Of a stretch of 34,386 nt of DNA, positions 6,904-18,393 are shown piece by piece. A program made the position numbers and the translations under genes. Location: assembly GCA_002938255.1 (NCBI GenBank), contig PTLB01000003.1, forward strand, positions 1 to 34,386, in the 5' to 3' direction. Positions within the stretch are counted from its first letter, which is position 1; each line of letters opens with the position of its first letter. This stretch comes from Alphaproteobacteria bacterium MarineAlpha5_Bin3 (GTDB taxonomy: Bacteria; Pseudomonadota; Alphaproteobacteria; HIMB59; GCA-002718135). Below the pieces are notes generated by a model. It worked only from the letters and a program-made list of their open reading frames with translations, ran no database searches and was not told where the DNA came from.

Positions 6904-8538
6904 CTAATTTGCTTGTCTTCTAAGGAAAGTTGGAATGTCTAACAATTCCTCTTCATTTTCCTGATTAAAATCATCTTCAGATTCAGGACCTTCATCATCC
7001 GAAAATTCATTTTCATTTTCTTTAGTATTAGTTATTTCATGATCCTCTTCAAGTATTTCATTTTGAAAAACAGGTTCTGATTTTACTGAAGTTGAGTTTT
7101 CTATGGGCTCACTCTCTAGATTTTTGTCTTCAAGAGTATCAAATAAACTAAGTTTGCGAACACTAGATTTAACTTCCTCCTTTACAGCTGATGAGTTTGA
7201 AAACACTTGATTTTCTTCGTATATATTAGAATCAACTTGTTCTAATTCATTAGATTTTTCTATTTGCTCTTCATCATATGAGGACTGAGCAGCTTCTATA
7301 TTTGCTTTTTCTGTAAACAAAGCTCCTGAAGTATCTTCTTCAACATCATTATTTATATAATTAATACTTGGATTTTCTGATGGTAAAGCTTTTTCATTAC
7401 TTGAATCAACAATTTCATCTTCCACAGTATTTTCTAATGTTAATTCTTTATCTAAATCTTCTTTAATAACTTCCGTATTCTGATTAAATTCAGATGATTT
7501 TTGTAAATAAACGGAATTATCAATAGATAAAGTACTAACTGCTTCTAGAGGTTTAGGGGAGGTTTCAGAATTTAGATCTATACCGGTTGCCACTAAACTT
7601 ACCCTAACAACACCTTCTAGTCTTTCATCGCATGTAGTCCCATAAATAATATTAGCTTCTTCATCAACTTCTTGCTTAATTCTATTTGCTGCTTCATCTA
7701 CTTCATATAAAGTAATATCGTTACCTCCAGTAATATTGATAATTAAACCTTTTGCGCCTTTTAAAGATACATCATCAATTAAAGGATTGGCTATTGCAGC
7801 TTCAGCAGCAGCAACAGCACGACCTTCACCTGAAGCTTCTCCTGTTCCCATCATTGCCCTGCCCATTTCTGACATAACTGTTTTCACATCTGAAAAATCA
7901 AGATTAATCAAACCTGGTTGAACCATCAAATCTGTAACACCTCTAACACCGGCATATAAAACATCATCTGCCATTTTAAATGCATCTGCAAATGTTGTTT
8001 TCTCATTAGCAATACGAAATAAATTTTGATTTGGTATAGTCAAGAGAGTATCAACATACTGTTGTAACTCTTCAAGACCCTTGTCAGCGATCTTCATTCT
8101 TTGAGAGCCTTCAAAATGAAAAGGTTTTGTAACAACTCCAACAGTTAATATTCCTTTTTCTCTTGCAAGTTTAGCTATAACTGGTGCGGCACCCGTTCCT
8201 GTACCACCTCCCATACCTGCAGCAATAAATAACATATGACTTCCATCTAATTTTTCACTTATTTCATTAAGAGTCTCTTCTGCTGCTTGCCTTCCAACAT
8301 CGGGTCGCATACCAGCTCCAAGTCCTCTAGTGCTTTTAATTCCTAATTGAATTTTTTTCTTGCAATTTGAAATTTGAAGAGCTTGTGCATCTGTATTTGC
8401 TATCACAAAATCAACTCCCTCAAGATTTGAATTCATCATATTGTTAACAGCGTTCCCTCCTGATCCGCCAACACCTAAAACTGTAATTTGAGGATGTAGA
8501 TTAGGACCTACATCTGGTATAGAAATATTTATAGTCAT
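6904..8538 (-). CDS. ftsZ: Cell division protein FtsZ with long acidic linker
   Basis: GGGTGTG tubulin signature, [14 protein letters not shown] and C-terminal peptide [12 protein letters not shown]. Confidence 0.99.
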   Translation of the reverse strand: MTINISIPDVGPNLHPQITVLGVGGSGGNAVNNMMNSNLEGVDFVIANTDAQALQISNCKKKIQLGIKSTRGLGAGMRPDVGRQAAEETLNEISEKLDGSHMLFIAAGMGGGTGTGAAPVIAKLAREKGILTVGVVTKPFHFEGSQRMKIADKGLEELQQYVDTLLTIPNQNLFRIANEKTTFADAFKMADDVLYAGVRGVTDLMVQPGLINLDFSDVKTVMSEMGRAMMGTGEASGEGRAVAAAEAAIANPLIDDVSLKGAKGLIINITGGNDITLYEVDEAANRIKQEVDEEANIIYGTTCDERLEGVVRVSLVATGIDLNSETSPKPLEAVSTLSIDNSVYLQKSSEFNQNTEVIKEDLDKELTLENTVEDEIVDSSNEKALPSENPSINYINNDVEEDTSGALFTEKANIEAAQSSYDEEQIEKSNELEQVDSNIYEENQVFSNSSAVKEEVKSSVRKLSLFDTLEDKNLESEPIENSTSVKSEPVFQNEILEEDHEITNTKENENEFSDDEGPESEDDFNQENEEELLDIPTFLRRQAN

Positions 8539-8565
8539 GTATTTACTCCGCCGTTTTTTTATATT

Positions 8566-8594
8566 TTTTAACGATTTACCCCCGCAACCGTCAA
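8566..8594 (-). promoter_or_regulatory. Putative internal ftsZ promoter
   Basis: TTGACG-17 bp-TTAAAA in the ftsA-ftsZ gap, followed by a GGAG RBS before ATG 8538. Confidence 0.5.
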
Positions 8595-8622
8595 TAAATA
8601 TAACTATATATTGTATGTTATA

Positions 8623-9843
8623 TTATATATATTGATCTAGCCAAGAAGAAAAACGGCCAATTAAGGTATTTTTTTTTATTTTTTGGGCTTTTTTCATAAA
8701 ATTTACTTCATATTTATCAACTTCATGCAAAATTAAACCAATAGTTTGAGAAAATTGAGGACCAGAAAAAGATTTGTTTAATCCAACTACTCCATGAGGC
8801 CGGCCAAGACGTACATTGCTATCAAATATAGTTTGGGCATAATCAACAATACCCTCTAATTGTGACCCTCCTCCAGTTAAAACTAAATTTTTAATTTTCC
8901 TCTTATGTAGTCCATACTGTTTTAATTTTTGCCAAACTAACTCTAAAGTTTCTTCTACTCTTGGTTTAATGATATTGTTAATTGTACTTCGATTAATTTG
9001 CTTAAATTGACCAGGCTCAGAAGACACAATGGGGACTTCTATAATTTCATGCTCATCGCTCGGAGAAGACAAAACTGAACCATAGAGTGTTTTTAAGCGC
9101 TCTGCGCTTTCTTTTGTAGTTGAAATACCTCTAGCAATATCATTAGTAATATTTTTACTTCCAACACTCACTGCATCAGCAAAGAGTAATTTTTCATGTT
9201 CGAAAACAACTAATGATGTTGAAGCTTCCCCTAAATCGATACAAATAGCACCTAAATCCCTATCATCAACATTTAGAACTGCCAAGGCAGAAGACAAAGG
9301 TGCCGGCACTAATTGCTCAACATGAATTTGAAGATCATAAAATAAATTTTTAAATGTGTTAATTAAATTTTTTTTTACCATTAGCTTATAAAAATTTAAA
9401 TTTAAAATTTTAGCAAAATTACCTACAGGGTTTCCAAATAATATTTTGTTATCCACTTCATAACTTGCTATAGAGTTCATCAAAATTTCATAATTAATTA
9501 AATTATCAAAAAAATCAGACTGGTTAATTGCTTTTTTTAAATGAAGATCCGTAATTAACTCATTTTCAATTTCAATTTTTGAATCATAAAAAAATGATAT
9601 AGAGTCAGTTACAGGAATATTAAGATTAATCGATTTAATTTCAGTTTGAGAATCTTTAGCAGCCAATGTGATAACATGCCTGACTTCATCCTTAATTAAT
9701 TGAAAATTAATAAAAGCATTTTTATTAATATTCGAAGTTGGATAGTTAATAAAAGATAAAATTTTAGGTAAAGAATTTTTTTGCAAATCAGATACAACGC
9801 AAGATATTTTAGAATTCCCAATATCCACTCCAACTTTAATCAT
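8623..9843 (-). CDS. ftsA: Cell division protein FtsA
   Basis: VDIGNSKI, ITNDIARG, AERLKTLYG, VLTGGGSQL and a C-terminal amphipathic helix; lies between ftsQ and ftsZ. Confidence 0.97.
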   Translation of the reverse strand: MIKVGVDIGNSKISCVVSDLQKNSLPKILSFINYPTSNINKNAFINFQLIKDEVRHVITLAAKDSQTEIKSINLNIPVTDSISFFYDSKIEIENELITDLHLKKAINQSDFFDNLINYEILMNSIASYEVDNKILFGNPVGNFAKILNLNFYKLMVKKNLINTFKNLFYDLQIHVEQLVPAPLSSALAVLNVDDRDLGAICIDLGEASTSLVVFEHEKLLFADAVSVGSKNITNDIARGISTTKESAERLKTLYGSVLSSPSDEHEIIEVPIVSSEPGQFKQINRSTINNIIKPRVEETLELVWQKLKQYGLHKRKIKNLVLTGGGSQLEGIVDYAQTIFDSNVRLGRPHGVVGLNKSFSGPQFSQTIGLILHEVDKYEVNFMKKAQKIKKNTLIGRFSSWLDQYI

Positions 9844-10610
9844 TTTATAATCTCTTTATATTTTAAAATAATTTTTTGTTTCATTCTAAGATCAATACTT
9901 TCAATTTCAATTAATTCCTCATTAGAAAAATTTATATATATTTTTTTATAATTCTCTAAGGCTTCTTTAATATTATTTTCTGGTAACTTTAACAAAATAC
10001 TATTTTTTAATTCAAGATCCCATCTTCTTTGATTAATCAGAAAAGCTTTATCAACATATTGTTGAAAATCATCTGGGAAAGAATCAATTAACTTTATTGA
10101 TTCATGTATAGAATTTTTTCCTTCAAACTTTATTAATGCACTAAATCTCTTTTCATTATTTGCAATGTTTTCTAAAATTTTTAAATCATCACTAAATAAT
10201 ATATTCTGAATTCCTGTTGTATAAATACCTATGGGTTTTGATTCATCAATATTTATTTCTATGGTATCTTTATAATTACTTTGTATATTTATAGATTTTA
10301 CCCAATTATTTTGACTAATTTTTTTGGCAATTTTTTTAATTGGAATTAAAAAAATAGATGAATCTTTATATGGTTTGATTAAATTTAGAATTTCATCTTC
10401 ATTGATATTATTCAAACCGTTAATATTAACTACTGATAAAGAATATTGATATTTATCTGAATAATTTTCAATAATACTATTAAATTGTTTAAATATTTTT
10501 TGATCATAAAAAAGCAAAATATAAATAACTATTATTAAAAAAAACAATAAAATAAGTATTGTGGGAAAATAAATTTTTTTCCGCCTTCTATTTAAAATAT
10601 TCTTTTTCAC
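9840..10610 (-). CDS. ftsQ: Cell division protein FtsQ
   Basis: Basic N-terminus, one TM helix, POTRA-like region (WVKS), RRWDL and IDLR; dcw position. Confidence 0.92.
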   Translation of the reverse strand: MKKNILNRRRKKIYFPTILILLFFLIIVIYILLFYDQKIFKQFNSIIENYSDKYQYSLSVVNINGLNNINEDEILNLIKPYKDSSIFLIPIKKIAKKISQNNWVKSINIQSNYKDTIEINIDESKPIGIYTTGIQNILFSDDLKILENIANNEKRFSALIKFEGKNSIHESIKLIDSFPDDFQQYVDKAFLINQRRWDLELKNSILLKLPENNIKEALENYKKIYINFSNEELIEIESIDLRMKQKIILKYKEIIK

Positions 10611-11545
10611 AAAGATGAATTAATTATATTGTGTATCAAATTATCAAAACTAATATTTTTATGTTTTAATTGTTCGGGGACTAAAGAAATAGATGTCAAA
10701 CCTGGTTGTGTGTTAATTTCTAAAAAATATATATTTTTATTATCATATAAAAAATCCGATCTACTTAAATTCCTGCACTTTATTGTATCATGAACAATTT
10801 TTGCATATTTGAGACAATTATCATAAATTTTGACAGGTAATTTAGCTGGCAGAATATGCCTAGAAAATCCTTTTGAATACTTTGACTGATAATCATAAAA
10901 ATAATTATTAGAAATTATTTCGGTAACCTCCACTGCTTCACTTATATTTTCTTTATTGATAACAGCTACCGTTAACTCCCTACCTGCAATATATCTTTCT
11001 ATTAATAGTTCATTGTGTTTTTTATAAATATTATGATTGTTTTCAATATTGCGTACAAAATTTTCTAAATCTTTAGAGTCTTTTATAATTTGTACACCGT
11101 AACTTGAACCGCTAGAAACTGGCTTAACTACAAAAGAATTAAATTGTTCAAATATTTCTCTTATTTTAATTTCATCTAAATTTGTAGCTTTCAAAAGAAA
11201 AGATTCAGCAGTTAAGATCTTTGTATTTTGAATTTTTTTTTTCGTTAAAAATTTATTAAAACCAATATTTGAAGTTATTGAATCTGAGTGTGTATATCTA
11301 ATTTTTTTGTTTTCTAATATTTTTTGTATTGTACCATCTTCTCCAAAAGTCCCATGCAGTGCATTAAAACACAAATAATCATTGTTATAATGATTAATAT
11401 CTTCAGAAAATGTTTGTGGTTTTACTAATAAAGAATCAAAACTAATATTTAGATTGGTTAATGATCTTTTAATTTCTTTAGCAGTATTTAAGGAAATCTC
11501 ATGTTCTTCGTTAAAACCACCTTCTAAAATCAAGATTTTTTCCAT
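10607..11545 (-). CDS. ddl: D-alanine-D-alanine ligase
   Basis: ALHGTFGEDG, GSSYGV, FYDYQSKY and LEINTQPGLT. ATG at 11545 overlaps the murB stop (TAATG). Confidence 0.96.
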   Translation of the reverse strand: MEKILILEGGFNEEHEISLNTAKEIKRSLTNLNISFDSLLVKPQTFSEDINHYNNDYLCFNALHGTFGEDGTIQKILENKKIRYTHSDSITSNIGFNKFLTKKKIQNTKILTAESFLLKATNLDEIKIREIFEQFNSFVVKPVSSGSSYGVQIIKDSKDLENFVRNIENNHNIYKKHNELLIERYIAGRELTVAVINKENISEAVEVTEIISNNYFYDYQSKYSKGFSRHILPAKLPVKIYDNCLKYAKIVHDTIKCRNLSRSDFLYDNKNIYFLEINTQPGLTSISLVPEQLKHKNISFDNLIHNIINSSL

Positions 11546-12438
11546 TAAACACCCAATATTTTTATTTCCCATTTAAGTTGAATTTGAAATTTATTAAAAA
11601 CTTTATCTATTATTCTTAATCCCAATTCCTCAATATCCTTTGCTGATGCATTATTTGCATTAATCAAAAAATTTGCATGTTTTTCACTCACATATGCATC
11701 ACCAACATTCAAATTCTTACAACCTGCCATTTCAATTAATTTAGCAGCATAATTATTGTCTGGATTCTTAAAAGTGCTTCCTCCAGTTTTAGTTCTAAAA
11801 GGTTGGGATTGTTCACGTTGAAGTTTTATCTCGTAAATATTTTTATCAATTTCTTCTTTTTCTCCATATTCTAATTTATATTGAGCAGAAATTACAATAT
11901 CATTATCGGATAATGATGACTCTCTATATTTAAGATTTAATTGATTATTTGTAAAAAAATTAATTTCTCCTTTATTATTAATTGTTTTAATACTTTTTAA
12001 AACTTTTTTAGTTTCTGATCCATAGCAACCAGCATTCATCTTAATTGCACCTCCAATTGTTCCAGGAATACCAGAATAAAATTCTAAATTTTTAATGGAA
12101 TGCATTTGGGCAAATTTTGAAAAATTAATATCTAATATTCCTGCACCAACATTAATAAAATTATCCTGTATAGAAATATGATTAAATAACTTTCCCAATT
12201 TAAAAATTATTCCATCAAAACCTTTGTCTCTTATTAAAACATTTGATCCTGCGCCAATAATTTTATATTGTAAATTTCCAATATTATTCAATATAATTTC
12301 GAGTTCTTCTTCATTATAAACTAAACAGAATATGTAAGTTTTTCCACCTGCTTTAAACCATGTATGCTTATAAATTTCGTAATCATAATAAAACTTACTT
12401 TTTAATTTTTTTTTTATTTTTTCAATGTTTTTTTGCAT
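11545..12438 (-). CDS. murB: UDP-N-acetylenolpyruvoylglucosamine reductase
   Basis: GAGSNVL, GIPGTIGGAIKMNAG, GSTFKNP and KHANFLIN. Confidence 0.97.
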   Translation of the reverse strand: MQKNIEKIKKKLKSKFYYDYEIYKHTWFKAGGKTYIFCLVYNEEELEIILNNIGNLQYKIIGAGSNVLIRDKGFDGIIFKLGKLFNHISIQDNFINVGAGILDINFSKFAQMHSIKNLEFYSGIPGTIGGAIKMNAGCYGSETKKVLKSIKTINNKGEINFFTNNQLNLKYRESSLSDNDIVISAQYKLEYGEKEEIDKNIYEIKLQREQSQPFRTKTGGSTFKNPDNNYAAKLIEMAGCKNLNVGDAYVSEKHANFLINANNASAKDIEELGLRIIDKVFNKFQIQLKWEIKILGV

Positions 12439-13834
12439 TGTTATTTTTAATTAAATTTTCAGCATAATAAGTAATAGATCCGGCACCCATGAAAATTATA
12501 ATATTATTTTTTTTAAAGTATGGTTTTAATTTGTGTTGCAAATTATCTCGATTACTCAAATAAAAAGTATTTTTGTTTTTGTTTTTTATTTTATTAACTA
12601 AATTTTTTGAATTAACTCCTTTGATTGGTTTTTCACCAGCAGGATAAATATCCATTATATATAAATAATCAATCTTTTGTAAAATATTTATAAAATCATT
12701 TAACAAGTATTTTGTTCTTGAATATCTATGAGGTTGAAAAATTACAATAATTTTTTTTTCCGCAAGGTGCTTAGCTATTTCATAACTAGCTTTTATTTCT
12801 GAAGGATGATGAGCATAATCATCATAAATTGCAGCTTTCTGAATATTGCCCAAATAACTAAATCTTCTTTTAACTCCTTCAAAGTTTAGTAATGATTGTT
12901 GAATTTTTTGTATGGAAACCTTCGCTAATAAAGATGCTATAATTGCCCCAGTAGCATTTAAAATATTATGCTCACCCAATAAATTAATTTTGAATTTATA
13001 TTTACCACCAATACCATCAATAATATTTTTATTTATAAATAAAAAAAATTCTGTACTTTTTTTATTTTTTTTAATTGAAGTAATCTTAACATCAGATGTT
13101 TTTTGATTTTTAGAATATGTAATGATGTTTCTTGTTTTAATTTCCTTGGATAGCCTTTTTAGATTATTGTTATCAGTACATAAAATAGAGTACCCATAAA
13201 AAGGAAGATTATTTATAAAATTTTTGAAAGCTTTTATTAAATTATCTTTATTTTTATAATAATCTAAATGTTCTAGATCCAAATTAGTAATAATATTTAT
13301 TTCATGTGGTAATCTTAAAAATGTACCATCACTTTCATCAGCTTCCACCACCATCCACTCACCTAGACCAAATCTATTATTTTTAGAATACGAATTTATA
13401 ATACCTCCATTGACAATGGTTGGGTCAAATTTAGCATAATCTAGGATTGAACCAACTAAACTAGTCGTAGTTGTTTTCCCATGAGAGCCTGCAACAGCAA
13501 TCGATCTTTTAGTTTTCATTAATTCAGATAGCATATCGGCACGACTCACTAAAGGAATGGATAATCTTTTACATTCAATGAGCTCAGGATTGTTTTTTTT
13601 TATTGCAGAAGAAAAAACAACAGCTGTTATATTTTTAATATTCTTTTTATCGTGTCCTTTAAAAAATTTAATACCTTTTTTTTTCAGTCTTTGAATATTT
13701 TCGTTTAAATTAATGTCACTACCCTGAATATTATATCCTAAATCTAACATCAATTCCGCGATGCCAGACATTCCAATGCCGCCAATACCCACAAAATGGA
13801 TAATAATTTTGTTAAATTTACTATTTTTTTTCAT
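12422..13834 (-). CDS. murC: UDP-N-acetylmuramate-L-alanine ligase
   Basis: GIGGIGMSG, GSHGKTTT, EADESD, DDYAHHP and FQPHRYSR. Confidence 0.98.
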   Translation of the reverse strand: MKKNSKFNKIIIHFVGIGGIGMSGIAELMLDLGYNIQGSDINLNENIQRLKKKGIKFFKGHDKKNIKNITAVVFSSAIKKNNPELIECKRLSIPLVSRADMLSELMKTKRSIAVAGSHGKTTTTSLVGSILDYAKFDPTIVNGGIINSYSKNNRFGLGEWMVVEADESDGTFLRLPHEINIITNLDLEHLDYYKNKDNLIKAFKNFINNLPFYGYSILCTDNNNLKRLSKEIKTRNIITYSKNQKTSDVKITSIKKNKKSTEFFLFINKNIIDGIGGKYKFKINLLGEHNILNATGAIIASLLAKVSIQKIQQSLLNFEGVKRRFSYLGNIQKAAIYDDYAHHPSEIKASYEIAKHLAEKKIIVIFQPHRYSRTKYLLNDFINILQKIDYLYIMDIYPAGEKPIKGVNSKNLVNKIKNKNKNTFYLSNRDNLQHKLKPYFKKNNIIIFMGAGSITYYAENLIKNNNAKKH

Positions 13835-14915
13835 CAAGTAATACTTTTAACATTAATTCATTAGCATTTGGTACTGGAATATTGTTTAATGCTTTCTTCA
13901 TTATTGTACGTTTTGTAATATCATTAATTAAATTTCTTAATATTTCTAAATTTTTATTTTTATCAAATATATTTTCATGCATAATAATTGCGCACTGTTT
14001 ACTTTCAAGATATTCAGCATTTTTAATTTGATGATTATTCATTGAATGGGGTAAAGGAAATAAAATGGATGGTATTTGATATACTATTAAGTCATTAATT
14101 GTCCCTGCTCCAGCTCGAGTAATAGCTAAATCAGTTTTTATTAAAATTTCATGAATATTATTATAATAATCTTTAAGTTGATATTCTGCATTTAACTTTG
14201 TTAAAGTTTCTTTAACTTTTTCTGTTAATTGATAAGGTGATTGAATGATGAGTTTTATTTTTTCTATCTCTTTTTTTGTCAATTCATTAAACATTAATAA
14301 AAAATATTCAATAATAGGTATTGATCCTTGACTTCCTCCATAAATAAAAATTATTATTTTTTCTTTATTAATATCTAGTTTATCAAATAATATTTTATTT
14401 TTCGCCAAAGTAGGAAGTCCTACATGATGGGTTTTATGATAAAATTCTTTTTTTATATTATTTATATGCTCAAAATTGGTAAAAATGTTTTTTGAATAAG
14501 GTAAAAAAAATAAATTAACTCTTCCCATTACTGAATTTTGCTCATGAATATGAATATCAATTTTTTTAATGAATTTAAAAAATATACTTATTAATAAAGG
14601 GGTTAATGAAGCGTAACTTCCAAATGATATACAATGTCTAGGTATAATTTTAACTATATAAAAAATTGACTGAATAAATCCTATAAATAAGCTGAATGTT
14701 GACTTAACCTTAAAGTAAAAATTGCCTGATAAATGTGAAGATTGAATAGAAATAATATTGCCTTTAAAATTATTTGCATATTTTATCCCTCTTTTATCAA
14801 GCATAAGTGAGCACCTATAGCCTTTTAAAATTAAATAATTCCCAAAATTAACGGCAGGTATTACATGCCCTCCTGTCCCTCCTGTGCAGATAAGTATGTT
14901 ATTATTTTTCTTCAT
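13821..14915 (-). CDS. murG: Lipid II GlcNAc transferase MurG
   Basis: GGTGGHV, HEQN, GGSQG, RAGAGT and HQ..NA. Confidence 0.96.
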   Translation of the reverse strand: MKKNNNILICTGGTGGHVIPAVNFGNYLILKGYRCSLMLDKRGIKYANNFKGNIISIQSSHLSGNFYFKVKSTFSLFIGFIQSIFYIVKIIPRHCISFGSYASLTPLLISIFFKFIKKIDIHIHEQNSVMGRVNLFFLPYSKNIFTNFEHINNIKKEFYHKTHHVGLPTLAKNKILFDKLDINKEKIIIFIYGGSQGSIPIIEYFLLMFNELTKKEIEKIKLIIQSPYQLTEKVKETLTKLNAEYQLKDYYNNIHEILIKTDLAITRAGAGTINDLIVYQIPSILFPLPHSMNNHQIKNAEYLESKQCAIIMHENIFDKNKNLEILRNLINDITKRTIMKKALNNIPVPNANELMLKVLLDEKK

Positions 14916-15969
14916 TTCTTTGCCTAGTTAAAGATAATAAACATCCAAATAAAACTGCACTTGATATCATGGATGAGCCTCCATAACTTACAAATGGTAA
15001 AGTCATACCTTTGGTTGGAATTAATGCTAAAGAACTACAAATATTAAATAAAGATTGTAAGCCAAAAGAACAAGTTAAACCTACTACTGCGATTATTTCA
15101 AAAGGATTGCTCATTTTTAATAATTTCAATAAAAATCTGATGATAATGACTAATATTAATAAAACAATTAAAGAGCAGAAAATAAATCCTAATTCCTCTC
15201 CAGCAACAGCAAAAATAAAATCAGTATTTGCAGAGGGTATTTTCTCTTTTAAAATTCCTTGACCTGGTCCTTTTCCAAATAAACCACCTGATTTAAAAGC
15301 TTGTAAACTTAAATCAATTTGATCAGTATTAGCTGTTGGATTTATAAATGCATCTACTCTTTTTTGGATATGATCAAAATAATAATATGAAAAAGCACTT
15401 AAAAATAATAAAGATACTAGAGCAAAAATCACCAAAACCATGGAAAGTCCGGCTATAAAAAGTTGGCAAAAAAAAGTAATGGCAATTAAGAAGGCCGTAC
15501 CAAAATCTGGCTGCAAAATTATTAAACCACAAATAGTCACAAAAGAAATTATAAGAACCACAAAGTAAGAATTTCTCCCACTAATGCCTTGAGATATAAA
15601 CCAAGCACTTAATAAGAAAAAAAATGGTTTAATAAACTCAGAAGGTTGAAGGCTAAAACCATATATCTTGAGCCATCTCTTTGATCCATTAACTTCATAA
15701 TCTAAAAATAAAATTATAAATAAAATTAAAATACATAAAATGATGGATAACAAAGAAAAACGACGGAGAAATTTAATTTCAAAACATGATACTGAAAGCA
15801 TAATAAATATTCCAATTATTGAAAAAATTAAATGTTTGTTTAAAAATAAATATGAATCACTTAGAGAAATAGAAAGAATTATACCTATGATTGCCAGCAT
15901 TAATATTAGAGCAAAATTAACTCTATCAATTTGTTTCCACCAAAACTTTATATTTAACTTCGTTTTCAT
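14902..15969 (-). CDS. ftsW: SEDS peptidoglycan glycosyltransferase FtsW
   Basis: Polytopic membrane protein with GSKRW, QPSEFIK, QPDFG, TDFIFA and KGMTLPFVSYGGSS. Confidence 0.97.
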   Translation of the reverse strand: MKTKLNIKFWWKQIDRVNFALILMLAIIGIILSISLSDSYLFLNKHLIFSIIGIFIMLSVSCFEIKFLRRFSLLSIILCILILFIILFLDYEVNGSKRWLKIYGFSLQPSEFIKPFFFLLSAWFISQGISGRNSYFVVLIISFVTICGLIILQPDFGTAFLIAITFFCQLFIAGLSMVLVIFALVSLLFLSAFSYYYFDHIQKRVDAFINPTANTDQIDLSLQAFKSGGLFGKGPGQGILKEKIPSANTDFIFAVAGEELGFIFCSLIVLLILVIIIRFLLKLLKMSNPFEIIAVVGLTCSFGLQSLFNICSSLALIPTKGMTLPFVSYGGSSMISSAVLFGCLLSLTRQRNEEK

Positions 15970-17291
15970 AAAACGGATGAAACAACTATATTTTTAAAGT
16001 GATTTCCTCTTTCTTCAAAATCTTTATACTGATCAAATGAGGTGCACGCTGGAGAAAAAAGTATAGTTAGTAATTCTTTTTTGATAGCGTTATCTAAAAA
16101 AATTTTTTTCAGAGCATCTTCCAATTTATCAAAAATTTCACAATCAATCGAACTTCCTAACTGTTGAAAAATAACATTAGCTGATTTGCCTATTAAATAT
16201 ATTTTATTTATTTTGTCTTTTTGGTTAATAAATGAGATAAAATTATCTTCTTTTGCTTGACCACCCAATATTAAGTTAACATTTTTGTAATTTTGTAAAG
16301 ATTTTAATGCTGCTTCTACATTAGTTGCTTTACTATTATTAATTATACACATTTCCTTATTATTTATAATCTCTTCCATCCTATGAGGAAGTCCAATAAA
16401 ATTAGAAACACATTTAACAAATTTATTCGTATTCAATTTTAAAATTTTTACTACTGCATAAGCTGCTAATATATTTTGCTTATTAAATGAACTGGATAAG
16501 GATGAAGAAATTTCAGGAATTGGCAGTACTTCACTCTTGTAAAAAAATTTATCTATTATATGTCCATCTTTAAAAAATATACCTTCTTCAATAGGATCGA
16601 TTGAAATAGGAATCATTTTATTTTGTTTATTTTTCCTAAATATTTTTGAACATATTTCGTTATCAACAGAAATAATGTTAAATGAATTTTGATTAGAGCT
16701 TATTATCTTTTCCTTTTGACTTACATAGTCTTCATAATTATCATATCTATCAAGATGATCCGGTGATATATTTAATAGTATAGATATAAAAGGACTAAAA
16801 CTGGGGGCTGACTCAAGTTGAAAAGAACTAAGTTCGATAATATGGTATAATTCATCAATTTTTAAATTCTTAAATTCCATTAACGGTAATCCTATATTAC
16901 CTCCTACAAAATTTTTAATTTTACATAATTGTAAAATATCTCCAATTAATTTTGTGGTAGTGGATTTTCCATTTGTACCAGTAACAGCTATTATCTTTTC
17001 ACAATTTATTAACCTAGAATATAATTCCAAATCACGGAAAAGTTTAATATTATTTTTTTTTAATATATCTATTTTTTTATCTTGTAGAGAAATACCTGGT
17101 GTAATAAAAGCTTCATCAACTAATTTTGCATCTAAATGATTTGGTTTGATAAAATTGGTTTTAAAATTAGTTTTAATTAATTTTTCTCTAATAGTTTCAT
17201 CATCATCCCAACAATAATACTTTTCATTAATACTTTTTAAATAAGTAACTAAAGATAAACCGCTTTTATTTAATCCATAGATATACTTCAT
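15966..17291 (-). CDS. murD: UDP-MurNAc-L-Ala-D-glutamate ligase
   Basis: TGTNGKSTT, GGNIG, ELSSFQL, DHLDRY, NSKATN and SPACTSFDQY. Confidence 0.97.
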   Translation of the reverse strand: MKYIYGLNKSGLSLVTYLKSINEKYYCWDDDETIREKLIKTNFKTNFIKPNHLDAKLVDEAFITPGISLQDKKIDILKKNNIKLFRDLELYSRLINCEKIIAVTGTNGKSTTTKLIGDILQLCKIKNFVGGNIGLPLMEFKNLKIDELYHIIELSSFQLESAPSFSPFISILLNISPDHLDRYDNYEDYVSQKEKIISSNQNSFNIISVDNEICSKIFRKNKQNKMIPISIDPIEEGIFFKDGHIIDKFFYKSEVLPIPEISSSLSSSFNKQNILAAYAVVKILKLNTNKFVKCVSNFIGLPHRMEEIINNKEMCIINNSKATNVEAALKSLQNYKNVNLILGGQAKEDNFISFINQKDKINKIYLIGKSANVIFQQLGSSIDCEIFDKLEDALKKIFLDNAIKKELLTILFSPACTSFDQYKDFEERGNHFKNIVVSSVL

Positions 17292-17304
17292 TAATGTTAA
17301 TTAT

Positions 17305-18393
17305 TTACCTTATTTTTAAAGTTGCTAATCCAATTAATGCTAAAACAATTGTAATAATCCAAAATCGAATTACTATTGTAGATTCCGCCCATCCTTTTTT
17401 TTCATAATGATGATGTAATGGTGCCATTCTAAAAACTCTTTTTCCTGTTAATTTAAAGCTAATTACTTGAACAATTACTGAAAGAGTTTCTAATACAAAT
17501 AAACCTCCTATAATTGCTAATACAATCTCATGTTTTACTATTATTGCTATTGAGCCTAATGCACTTCCCAGAGCTAAAGAACCAGTATCCCCCATAAAAA
17601 CCTTTGCTGGAGGTGCATTAAACCATAAAAATCCTAGTGAAGACCCAATTAATGCTCCGCAAAATACAGTTAATTCTCCACTATTTTCAATGTAGGTTAT
17701 TTGTAAATAATCTGAAAAAATAACATTGCCAGTAACATAGGCAATAAAAGCGAAGGCCATAGCAACTACCATTATAGGAACAATTGCAAGACCATCTAAT
17801 CCATCAGTTAGGTTAACAGCATTAGCGGAGCCTGCAATAATAAATATTCCAATTACATAATAATAAATACCAAAATCTATAATTAAATTTTTAAAAAAAG
17901 GGAAATTAAGAATGCCTACAATATTATTTGAAAAAGAAATTTGAATAAAATAAATTATAATTAAACTAAATATTAACTGCAAAGATATCTTAGTCGTCGC
18001 TTTTATGCCTTTGTTATTATTAAATTTGATTTTAATATAATCATCAATAAAACCTATTGAACCAAAAAGTAATGAAGTTAAAAAACAAATCCAAATAAAT
18101 TTATTTGCTAAATCTGCCCAAAGAAAAAGTGAGAAGGTCATGCTCATTAAAATCATAATTCCACCCATTGTTGGAGTGCCTGCTTTTTTAATTATATGAT
18201 TTACTGGGCCATCGGAACGTATAGGTTGTCCAATAGGTTGAAATGATGATAATTTTTTAATTATTATTTCTCCAAATATTAAAGAGAAAAAAAGTGAAGT
18301 TAAAATTGCTGCTCCTGTTCGAAAAGTAATATAATTAAATAAATTTAAATAAGAAAAAGTATTTACATATTCTTGAGATAAAAAATTAAACAA
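17305..18393 (-). CDS. mraY: Phospho-N-acetylmuramoyl-pentapeptide transferase
   Basis: [25 protein letters not shown] and APLHHH; TTG start preceded by AGGAG. Confidence 0.98.
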   Translation of the reverse strand: MFNFLSQEYVNTFSYLNLFNYITFRTGAAILTSLFFSLIFGEIIIKKLSSFQPIGQPIRSDGPVNHIIKKAGTPTMGGIMILMSMTFSLFLWADLANKFIWICFLTSLLFGSIGFIDDYIKIKFNNNKGIKATTKISLQLIFSLIIIYFIQISFSNNIVGILNFPFFKNLIIDFGIYYYVIGIFIIAGSANAVNLTDGLDGLAIVPIMVVAMAFAFIAYVTGNVIFSDYLQITYIENSGELTVFCGALIGSSLGFLWFNAPPAKVFMGDTGSLALGSALGSIAIIVKHEIVLAIIGGLFVLETLSVIVQVISFKLTGKRVFRMAPLHHHYEKKGWAESTIVIRFWIITIVLALIGLATLKIR

